Of a stretch of DNA of 64,000 nt, positions 50,709-58,824 are shown piece after piece (within the stretch, counting starts at the first letter, position 1; the number at the start of each line of letters is the position of its first letter). The notes under the pieces were generated by a model that made no database searches, had not been told where the DNA came from, and saw only the letters and a program-made list of their open reading frames with translations. Origin of the DNA: an uncultured Candidatus Binatia bacterium. Lineage in GTDB: Bacteria; Desulfobacterota; Binatia; UBA9968; JAJDTQ01. The translations under genes and the position numbers were made by a program. The stretch covers positions 3,744,001-3,808,000 of the forward strand of contig OZ244070.1 in NCBI GenBank assembly GCA_965215605.1, in the 5' to 3' direction.

Positions 50709-51425
50709 GTGCGGATCGCCGCATCGAAAATCCGCTATCAGGGAACCCGTGATTCACAGGAGGATTTCGTCAGCCTGTTGTCGATCCGCAACCGGGGACA
50801 CGCCGCGGTCGGCGGGATACTGACCGACGGCATCGGCGGGCTGCCTGGCGGCGGCGATGCAAGCGCTACGGTGAACGCCTTCAGCCGGGCCTGGCTCGCG
50901 GACGAGTTGCCCGCGGTGGTGGAGGGCGATGTCGAAATCGAGAGTTGCCTCCGCCGCCTGCCGGCGGCGGCCGATGAGGCGCTGGCCTGTTACCAGTCGG
51001 AGAGCGGTATCCCTGACTGCGGAACCACATTGGTTGCCGCGGTTGTCCTCGATGAGGTCTGCCACTTCGTCTCGGTGGGCGATTCCCTGGTGCTTGCCAT
51101 CAACGCGGACCGAACGCTCACCCGTCTCAATCAACTTCACAACGCCGAGTTGGACGGGAGAGCGGCGCTGACCGCCGCGATTCTCGGACGCGGCATCAAG
51201 GCCATCGATCAGGGCAAGGCCCGTCTCGGCCCGGGCGGCCATCACAGCATCCTGCTGGCCTCGGACGGGATCCGGACACTTCGCGATGACGAGGTCGTCG
51301 CGGAATTGGACCATGCCTCCGAGGGCCCGTTGCGCCAAGTCGTGGACAGGGTGCGCCGCAAGCAGGCGGTGCGGCAGGACAATCTGGCAATGGCGCTGTT
51401 CCGCGTAGTGGCCGTCGGGACATAG
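50709..51425 (+). CDS. PP2C/PPM family Ser/Thr protein phosphatase
   Basis: RDSQED, DGIGG, GTT, VGDS, ASDG and QDN: all canonical PPM motifs. Confidence 0.9.
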   Translation: MRIAASKIRYQGTRDSQEDFVSLLSIRNRGHAAVGGILTDGIGGLPGGGDASATVNAFSRAWLADELPAVVEGDVEIESCLRRLPAAADEALACYQSESGIPDCGTTLVAAVVLDEVCHFVSVGDSLVLAINADRTLTRLNQLHNAELDGRAALTAAILGRGIKAIDQGKARLGPGGHHSILLASDGIRTLRDDEVVAELDHASEGPLRQVVDRVRRKQAVRQDNLAMALFRVVAVGT

Positions 51426-51531
51426 GACAGGGTCCCTGCAACCGTCTTCAGGCTCATCTTCGGCTTGCGGGCTGGAAGCCGTTTGGATATGGATACGGGC
51501 GGACACGGCTCGATTCGGGAGGGGGAATTGC

Positions 51532-53043
51532 ATGTTCAGAATCTTTTGTTCCGTAGCTTCCATGCTCGTTCTGGCTGGATGTATGGGAGGACTCGGAGGG
51601 TCCTGGGGCCCGGGCGCCGACGACAAGACACCGGTAAGAATCGAACCCGCCAAGTTCCGTGGCCTGCCCGTGGTAAGGGTGAGCTTCGTCGCCAGTGTCG
51701 ACGCTTCGGCCCGATTGCGCTACCAGGATGCCTACTGGAAGAATCCGATTCCCTCCCGCGCCAGCGACGAGTCCGAGGAGGGAGACGTCGCTACCAAGCC
51801 GGCCGACGGCAGCACGGCGGAGATCAACTTCAACGCGATGGAATCGAAGAACGTCTTCTACGCGTTTCATCTCGCCAAGTATCTGGAGGCCCGCGGCAGG
51901 GGGACCTACCTCGTCTTCCTCAATCCGGAAGTAGTGAAACACGACGACACCCGAGGGTTCTACCGTGAATCCTACGAAGACGGCCTGCCTCCGCATGACG
52001 TGGATGTCAGCTTCGGAGCCTATGTCCATCCGGACACCAAGCCGTCGAACGTGGTCGACACCACCTACGGCGAGTGGATCGCGCCGATCATTTCGGTACG
52101 CGTCGACAAGGCGTTCTCTTCCGCTACCGCCGGAGCGGTGGGACTTCCGGACCGGCTGACCTCGTATGCCGCCGACAGCGACGGCTACGGCGCGCGCGCG
52201 CAACTGGTGGATTTCCTCAATGCCAGGATCGGCAGGCCGACGGCGGTCAACCCGGGCACGGCGCGGGACAGCGGCAAACTCGCCGCCGGGGAATTCTACG
52301 CGCTCCCATCCGGTGAGGCCAGGTTGTCCGAGGGCGGGATCCCGAAGGAGGAGTTGACTGCGCAGGAGCTCGACGCGGTGTCCTACAATCCAGGCCGGCT
52401 CGACGCGTTCCCCGTCTACAAGGGCGTCCATCGGATTGTCGAGGTGGCGCTTGCCAAGGTCGACAATTCGAGGACGGCAACTCGTTCCCAGGAGGACTAC
52501 TGGGCGTTCTACGGCGAACCGAATGCGTCGACCATCGTCCTGCAGCGTAGCGACCGGGGCAAGCGTCGTTTTCTGGTCCGGGCGCGGCAGGCGGAACTTC
52601 AGTATCTTCGAGACCGGGATCGCAACTGGATGGAGGCGGTTCTGAACACATCCGACTTCACTTCCGGCTTCAACGAGTTGCGCGAGGCGGAGTTGAAGGC
52701 TCGGAACGAATTCGTCCAGGCCCGGATGAAGCAGGGACTAGGCGCGCTGCTGGCGGTAGGTGGTGCATTCGCTGCTGTCGGCGGCGCGCAAAGCGACAAT
52801 CCCCTCGCTACCGGAGCCGGGATGGCGATGGTCGGCACGGGGCTCACCATGGCTATATCGGCGCAGACGGTCATCGACCGTATCAACCAGGGGTTCGACA
52901 CCGCCTTCAGCAACTCCTACAATTCGCAACGGGACTATATCGTGGAGTTCGAGGAAGCCGAAAGGGAGACGATCAGGGCGCGCAACTATGAGGACTTCAG
53001 GAAACAACTCAAGAACCGCTACGCCAAGCGTTTTGGAGCGTAA
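51532..53043 (+). CDS. Hypothetical lipoprotein with C-terminal Gly/Ala-rich hydrophobic hairpin
   Basis: Lipobox LAGC at residues 14-17 and GGAGGGG RBS. Confidence 0.78.
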   Translation: MFRIFCSVASMLVLAGCMGGLGGSWGPGADDKTPVRIEPAKFRGLPVVRVSFVASVDASARLRYQDAYWKNPIPSRASDESEEGDVATKPADGSTAEINFNAMESKNVFYAFHLAKYLEARGRGTYLVFLNPEVVKHDDTRGFYRESYEDGLPPHDVDVSFGAYVHPDTKPSNVVDTTYGEWIAPIISVRVDKAFSSATAGAVGLPDRLTSYAADSDGYGARAQLVDFLNARIGRPTAVNPGTARDSGKLAAGEFYALPSGEARLSEGGIPKEELTAQELDAVSYNPGRLDAFPVYKGVHRIVEVALAKVDNSRTATRSQEDYWAFYGEPNASTIVLQRSDRGKRRFLVRARQAELQYLRDRDRNWMEAVLNTSDFTSGFNELREAELKARNEFVQARMKQGLGALLAVGGAFAAVGGAQSDNPLATGAGMAMVGTGLTMAISAQTVIDRINQGFDTAFSNSYNSQRDYIVEFEEAERETIRARNYEDFRKQLKNRYAKRFGA

Positions 53044-54361
53044 CCGGTGGACGGTGGCAGCGGGCCTCTCGATCGGACTGCTGTGGCTTGCGCTATCGGC
53101 AACCGCTCAAACTCCGGACATACAGCGCGGTGAGATCTGGCGGTATTGCGAAGAATACTTCGTCAAGGTCGAGGATCTCAAGAACGGGAAGGTCCCGGTC
53201 AGCAACGACGAGGCCCACTACCGCGTCCGTGACCTGTCGAGAGACTTCCTGCGTCTCGCCAAAGGTTTCCGGCCACGGAGTACGGAAGAGGGCCATGTTC
53301 TCGGAGAGTGCCTCAACCTTGCCAACGGCAACGCCTTGTTCTCCTTCGAGCAGGTGCAGAATCTGGAAGCCCAGGACGATGACTTCGTTGACATGGCCAC
53401 GACCGAGGCCATCAACAACTCGCGCGCCAGGGAGTTCGACACAAAAAAGGAGCTGGGACAGAAGTACGACCTCATGCGTGACGCCGAGATCGCCCGCGCG
53501 ACCTTCGATAGCGAGATCCGGGCGATAAACAACCATATCCTCGAGAATATCGCCACGGCCAATATGGCCGTGGCCCAGGCCACACGGAGTCACTTGGACC
53601 AAAGCTCCCGGTTGGGGCTCGCTCGCGGCGGGTACAACACCGCCTACGGTCCCAACGGCACCATCGTTTCCTTCAATGCCTTCTCGTTTCTCATTGCGAA
53701 GGCAAGCCAATCCATGATCAAGACGCGGTCGCAGCCACTTGCGCCGGGCCTGACGGCCTCCGCTCCCGCGGGGCAGAATGCCGCGGTGCCGGGGACCTAT
53801 ACAGCGGCGCCCCCGACTCCACCTTCCGCTCCTGGACCGGCCGGCAAGCTCTCCGCGCCCGCCCGTAAACCCGCAACCTCCGCGGCGGCGACGCCCGTGT
53901 CGGTCGCTACCGCATCAGGGGCTCCTGCATCGGCGACTCCTGCGTCAACGGCCCCAGCCTCGCCGACTACTGCATCGGCGTCGCCTGCGTCAGCACCGTC
54001 TGGCAGCAGGGTTCCTGCAACCGGCACGACCGGACCGACGTCAGCCGACACCACTGCGCTCGCGGCGGTGCCTGCCCCGGTCGACAGCAAGGCTCCCGAG
54101 GCCGATACACGCTGCGCCGCCTACCGCCTGACCGGCGATGGCGGGAAGTTCGCCGAGCTCGAAAACAAATGCGACATTCCCATCAGTTGGCTCTGGTGCT
54201 GGGTCCCGAAAGGAACGCCTGACTGCGAGCCCGACCAAGCCTCCGAAATCGTTCCCGCGAGGAGTCGCGTCCTGCTTCCCGGACCCGGGCCCGGCGAAAC
54301 CCCGCGTGCGGTGTTCCGCATCTGCGACATGTCGGATCCAGACAAGTTTTGCACGCTTTGA
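53033..54361 (+). CDS. Hypothetical secreted protein: helical N-domain, Ala/Pro/Ser/Thr linker, Cys-rich C-domain
   Basis: Signal-peptide-like VAAGLSIGLLWLALSATA|Q and six Cys in the last ~85 aa. The TTG start overlapping the upstream gene is assumed. Confidence 0.72.
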   Translation: MERNRWTVAAGLSIGLLWLALSATAQTPDIQRGEIWRYCEEYFVKVEDLKNGKVPVSNDEAHYRVRDLSRDFLRLAKGFRPRSTEEGHVLGECLNLANGNALFSFEQVQNLEAQDDDFVDMATTEAINNSRAREFDTKKELGQKYDLMRDAEIARATFDSEIRAINNHILENIATANMAVAQATRSHLDQSSRLGLARGGYNTAYGPNGTIVSFNAFSFLIAKASQSMIKTRSQPLAPGLTASAPAGQNAAVPGTYTAAPPTPPSAPGPAGKLSAPARKPATSAAATPVSVATASGAPASATPASTAPASPTTASASPASAPSGSRVPATGTTGPTSADTTALAAVPAPVDSKAPEADTRCAAYRLTGDGGKFAELENKCDIPISWLWCWVPKGTPDCEPDQASEIVPARSRVLLPGPGPGETPRAVFRICDMSDPDKFCTL

Positions 54362-54362
54362 C

Positions 54363-56807
54363 ATGGTGCTGCTTCCGAACAACGCGAAGATCGCAGAATA
54401 CAAGATTCTCGGGCATCTCGGCAGCGGCGGGTTCGCCAACACCTACCGGGCGTACGACAGCAATCTCGACAAGGACGTCGCGATCAAGGAGTTCTTTCCG
54501 AGGCGGTACTGCAGCCGGGACGAGAACTATCGGGTGCTTCCCCTTCCCGGTGAGGAGGAGCGGTTCCGGTCCTTGCGCGACTCCTTCCTGCGGGAAGCCC
54601 GCATCCTCGCCCAGTTCGACGAAAAAAACATCGTCAAGGTGCTGCGCTATTTCGAGGGCCTCGAAACCGCGTACATGATCATGGAGTACGTGGACGGCCG
54701 GAATCTCGGTTCGGTGATCCAGGAAAATGTCGTTCAGCCCGAGGATAGGGTCGTGGGCTGGCTCCGTGGACTTCTTCGCGGGCTCGGGACGGTCCACGCC
54801 GGCAAAGTCATCCACGGCGATATCAAACCGAGGAACATCATCATTACCGAGTCCGACGAAGCGGTGCTGATCGATTTCGGCGCGGCGGTCGCCCATGACG
54901 CGGATTCCGACGACGGCGCCGCCGAGGTGACGGAGACCGCCGGGGAGGTCTTCGCCAGTCTCAACTATGCCGCCCCCGAGCAGCTTCACGGCGACCGCGT
55001 CGATCAACGCACCGATCTCTATTCGCTTGGCTCCGTCTTCTACGAACTCGTTACCCACGAAAGACTCGGCCGGGACCGGACGGAGGAGATCGCCGAGGAC
55101 CAGATCCTGGCCTATGGCCGGTTCTACGGCGCCCGCTTTCTGAGGACCATTCATCGCGCGATCCAGCTCGATCCGGAGACCCGATTTTCCGATTCCGAGA
55201 GCTGGCTCGAAGAGTTGACGCTGTCGCGATGGGAGAAGACCGGGAGATTTCTGCGCCGAAGGCGCAAATCGCTGATCGCGGCGGCCGTGGTTCTCGCCGC
55301 CGCAACCTACGCCGTGAACTACGTCGTCGAGAACGAGATCGACCGCGAAAACGCTTATTTCAAGATCCTGGCGTCGAAGGCCGAGATCGACGCGCAGATG
55401 GATCTCGGGCACGGATACCGGAGGAAGTTGGAGAAGGCGCGCGACTATCTTTCCGCCTACGCAACCGAATACCGCTCGCAGGTCGACAGGCTCGCGCCCG
55501 CGAACCTGATTACGGGACGCTCCTCGGTGGAGGGCCTGCGGCAGACGGTGCGCGTGACCGAGTCCTTGGCGACAAGGCTGTCGGCCGTTGCCGCCAGGAT
55601 CGACGCGATGCAGGCGAAATACTATTTCAGCCGTTACCCGGGTGCTGTCGAGGAGGCGGACCGCCTGGTCAGGGACATCGATGCCCGGATCGCCCGTTTG
55701 ACACGGGATCTTCTCGCCGCCATCGTCGAGAATGGCATCGTCGGCGAAGGTCGCAGGCGCCGGATCCGTGTCGACAACGTCGGGCTTGCGGAGCTCGTCA
55801 CCGGGGTCAAGGAAAGCGCGGAGCCGGTCACCCTGCCGGAGATGGTGCCGAGAAGCCGGCCGCTGGTGGATTCCTTCCTCACGCGCCAGCTTGAGCGCAT
55901 GCAGCGTGCGCGGCTCGCGCGCGAACGGGCCAGCACCCTGTCAAGGCTTGCGACGCTCCGCGATGCCTACCCGAAGGGAAGCCGCGCCGCGGTATTCCCG
56001 AAACTGATCGAAGAGGCGCGTCAGGCTGATGCGTTGAAGGACCTGAAGGCGCTCGTCGCCCGAGGCGAGCGCACTGCCAAGACCATCGACCGGGAACTGC
56101 AACTCGCCGAGGTCCGCCGCAAGAAGCTGCGTGCCGAAGCCAAGCTCCGCGGCGCCATACAGAAGATCGAGGCCGGAATGCGGCCGGTTCCTCCGGGCCG
56201 GTTCAAGATGGGCGGCCCCGACCAGGGCTATGCCCAGCCGGTCCGCGAGGTCTCGGTCTCCCGGTTTTTCCTCGGAGTCAACGAAGTCAGCGTCGCCGAA
56301 TGGATGGTGTGCGTGAGAGAGAAGAAATGCGCGGCCGCAAGCGGCACCAGGATGGACCGTCCGGTCACCGGCATCACGTGGAACCAGACGCAGGAGTTCA
56401 TCCGTTGGCTGAACGGGCGCAGCAGGCGCTACCGCTTCCGGTTGCCGTCGGAGGCCGAATGGGAATACGTGATCAAGCGCTACGGCTACCGCGAGAAGGA
56501 ACTGTCAGGCGGCCTCATGTCGATCACCGCGAACAACACCAACAAGCTCGGCCTCAACGCGATGCTCGGCAATGCACTCGAATGGCTCGATGACTGCTGG
56601 CACGGCGGCTACTACCGCGCGCCCGTGGACGGCTCCTCCTGGAACCGCGGACTACAGTGCAACAAACGAGTGGTGCGCGGCAGCAGTTGGGACGGCAAGC
56701 ACCGCCTTGAAGCGAGAAACGCCGCCTATTTCCGGCCGCCTCAGGGTGTCGAGCGCACCAAGTCTTTGCCGACCCTTGGTTTTCGACTCGCGGGTGACCG
56801 GAAATGA
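54363..56807 (+). CDS. Membrane Ser/Thr protein kinase with coiled-coil stalk and C-terminal FGE-sulfatase (SUMF1-like) domain
   Basis: Kinase motifs LGSGGF, VAIKE, HGDIKPRN, DFG and APE. TM LIAAAVVLAAATYAV follows RRRRK. FGE motifs RLPSEAEWEY, MLGNALEW, RVVRGSSW and GFRL. Confidence 0.92.
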   Translation: MVLLPNNAKIAEYKILGHLGSGGFANTYRAYDSNLDKDVAIKEFFPRRYCSRDENYRVLPLPGEEERFRSLRDSFLREARILAQFDEKNIVKVLRYFEGLETAYMIMEYVDGRNLGSVIQENVVQPEDRVVGWLRGLLRGLGTVHAGKVIHGDIKPRNIIITESDEAVLIDFGAAVAHDADSDDGAAEVTETAGEVFASLNYAAPEQLHGDRVDQRTDLYSLGSVFYELVTHERLGRDRTEEIAEDQILAYGRFYGARFLRTIHRAIQLDPETRFSDSESWLEELTLSRWEKTGRFLRRRRKSLIAAAVVLAAATYAVNYVVENEIDRENAYFKILASKAEIDAQMDLGHGYRRKLEKARDYLSAYATEYRSQVDRLAPANLITGRSSVEGLRQTVRVTESLATRLSAVAARIDAMQAKYYFSRYPGAVEEADRLVRDIDARIARLTRDLLAAIVENGIVGEGRRRRIRVDNVGLAELVTGVKESAEPVTLPEMVPRSRPLVDSFLTRQLERMQRARLARERASTLSRLATLRDAYPKGSRAAVFPKLIEEARQADALKDLKALVARGERTAKTIDRELQLAEVRRKKLRAEAKLRGAIQKIEAGMRPVPPGRFKMGGPDQGYAQPVREVSVSRFFLGVNEVSVAEWMVCVREKKCAAASGTRMDRPVTGITWNQTQEFIRWLNGRSRRYRFRLPSEAEWEYVIKRYGYREKELSGGLMSITANNTNKLGLNAMLGNALEWLDDCWHGGYYRAPVDGSSWNRGLQCNKRVVRGSSWDGKHRLEARNAAYFRPPQGVERTKSLPTLGFRLAGDRK

Positions 56808-57877
56808 AGGTGCGGCAACTCCTTTTCGGACTCCTGGCCGCGTCGCTGTTTGCCGCGGGAAACTCCGCGGCGGAAACCAGGTTCCTGTTCAGCTCCCAGT
56901 CGAAAAATCACAAGTTCAGTGTCGTGTCGGTCGACGGGGGGCTCGTGGTGGATTCACGCCTGTCTCCCTCCCTCGGTTCCGGCCTGACGCTCCGCTACAT
57001 CGCGAGGGAAACCGACATCACGATCCAGGCCGTGAACGTTCCGCCGCCTGTCGAGGTTTTCACCTACTTCAACGGCCCGCCGCCCGGCGACATCTGCAGG
57101 CATGCCGTGTTCCTCGGAGAACTTTTCGCCCCGACGGGAATCGAGCACCGTGTCTATGCCGACGGCGAGCCGAAGTGTACCGACGTCGCTCCGGCGGGTG
57201 AGGGCGCACGCCGCCTGGCCGCGGACCTGGCGGACCTCACGGAGGGGTATGTCCGGCGGCTTCTTTTCGTCGTGGGACCCGCGGCCCCGGGGAACGTTCC
57301 GGAAATCGTCTGGCAACAACGCCGGATCACTGCCAAGGAGTTCCGCGCGAAGGCGACGCTGCTGCGGGAGTTGACCACCTTGCTCGAAAACGCCCGTGAG
57401 GGCCAAGTGTCGTTTCTCTCCTCGGCGGTCTATCGCGTGTTCGGCGGTCCCGTGGTTGCGGTCATTGGGACCGCAGCGGGCGAAGCCGGACGCGTCACCC
57501 TGCTTGCCGCCGGCGACGTCGGTCCACCCTACGAGCTCTGGCTGTTTCTCGGCCTCCCTGTGGTGGCCATCGCCGTGCTGGTCCTGCTGGTTATCGTGCT
57601 CGTTCGCAGACGGCGGCGGAAACGGACGATCACGAGTTCCCCGGTCAAGAGGGTGATCCGCATCGGCTATGGCCCGGATCTCGACATTTCCCTCGGCGAC
57701 GAGGGAGAGCGCGAAGTGCTGTCCATTCGGGTCCACCAGGACGGCCTCGCTACCGCCACCGCCGTCAGTCGGGTCGACAAAATCTCGCTCAACGGCAAAC
57801 GCTTCTCCGGCACCGGCCGGATCTCCCCCGCCGATTCGCTCTTCGTCAACGACCGCAGGATCCTCTTGAGGATATGA
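56804..57877 (+). CDS. Single-pass membrane protein with exported N-domain and cytoplasmic degenerate FHA-like domain
   Basis: Signal peptide, TM LWLFLGLPVVAIAVLVLLVIVLV followed by RRRRRKR, then VIRIGYGPDLDISL...ISLNGKR...DSLFVN. Confidence 0.72.
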   Translation: MKVRQLLFGLLAASLFAAGNSAAETRFLFSSQSKNHKFSVVSVDGGLVVDSRLSPSLGSGLTLRYIARETDITIQAVNVPPPVEVFTYFNGPPPGDICRHAVFLGELFAPTGIEHRVYADGEPKCTDVAPAGEGARRLAADLADLTEGYVRRLLFVVGPAAPGNVPEIVWQQRRITAKEFRAKATLLRELTTLLENAREGQVSFLSSAVYRVFGGPVVAVIGTAAGEAGRVTLLAAGDVGPPYELWLFLGLPVVAIAVLVLLVIVLVRRRRRKRTITSSPVKRVIRIGYGPDLDISLGDEGEREVLSIRVHQDGLATATAVSRVDKISLNGKRFSGTGRISPADSLFVNDRRILLRI

Positions 57878-58824
57878 AACGCCGCGATCGCTCGATCGAG
57901 ACCATCAGCCTGTCCGCCATCGACCTGTTCGCGTCGGCGCTGGGAGCGTTCATCGTCATTACCGCGGTCTTGATCCCGTATTACCCCAATCTCAAGGATG
58001 GCCACCGCAATGTCGCGGTCCTCGAACGCGAAGCCCAGGAGAACCAGAAACGCACGGCGCGGGCGGTGGAAGCCGAACAACTCGCCCGTGCCGAGGCGAA
58101 ACGCCGCCGTGAGCAACAGGCGGCGGCGGCGGCGAAGGCACGCACGCAGCGGCGGCGGATCCACGCCGCCATCCAAAATGAGCACACAAAAGGTATCGCG
58201 CTCCGGAGTACCGTGAAGGACCTGACGAAGAACCTGTCGAATCTGCAAAAGGAGAATCAGGCACGGCGCAGACAGTTCGCGGGAAGGCAGTCGGAGTTTT
58301 CGATATTGGGCCTGGTCCTCAAGGCCAGGTCGATCGTCATCGTCGTCGATCTTTCCGGAAGCATGAGTAACTGGAGCGGCCTCATGGTGAAGACACTCAC
58401 CGAGATCGTTTCGTCGTTTCACGACGGGATCCGGTTCGCCATCCTCGGGTATCAGGGCACGCGCGGCGTGTCCCAGTTCTGGCCCGCGCGCAAGCAGATG
58501 GCGCTCGCGGACACGCGAAGCAAATCGAGTGCGCTGGCGTTCGTCAGGAGCCTTCCGAGCCGCTTCGATGGATCCACGCCCACCCAGACAGCGCTCTTGA
58601 CCGCCCTGGTATACAAGCCACAGGCCATTGTCCTGATCAGTGACGGTTCACCGACCGACGCCGAGCCGGACGACATCGTCGCCAAGCTCACGCGCCTCAA
58701 TCGCGGAGTCACGGCAATCCATACGGTGGCGCTTGGTGACTACCTGAAACATCCTGAGCTCGTCGTGTTCCTCAGCAAGCTCGCGGCGCGGAACAAGGGG
58801 CGTTTCGTCGGTGTGATCCGGTGA
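57874..58824 (+). CDS. Membrane-anchored coiled-coil plus VWA domain protein (intact MIDAS)
   Basis: N-terminal TM SAIDLFASALGAFIVITAVL and VWA motifs DLSGS, STPT and ISDG. Confidence 0.87.
   Translation: MKRRDRSIETISLSAIDLFASALGAFIVITAVLIPYYPNLKDGHRNVAVLEREAQENQKRTARAVEAEQLARAEAKRRREQQAAAAAKARTQRRRIHAAIQNEHTKGIALRSTVKDLTKNLSNLQKENQARRRQFAGRQSEFSILGLVLKARSIVIVVDLSGSMSNWSGLMVKTLTEIVSSFHDGIRFAILGYQGTRGVSQFWPARKQMALADTRSKSSALAFVRSLPSRFDGSTPTQTALLTALVYKPQAIVLISDGSPTDAEPDDIVAKLTRLNRGVTAIHTVALGDYLKHPELVVFLSKLAARNKGRFVGVIR

Noticed and set aside
52760-53032. Long N-terminal extension of the 533-aa ORF (and similarly 54138..54362 for the kinase)
   Set aside because: These extensions overlap upstream genes in another frame. 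The signal peptide and the kinase domain begin at the later starts.
56170-56807. Diversity-generating retroelement target (FGE/CLec fold)
   Set aside because: No reverse transcriptase gene is in the window, and I saw no second copy of the 3' region differing at adenines.
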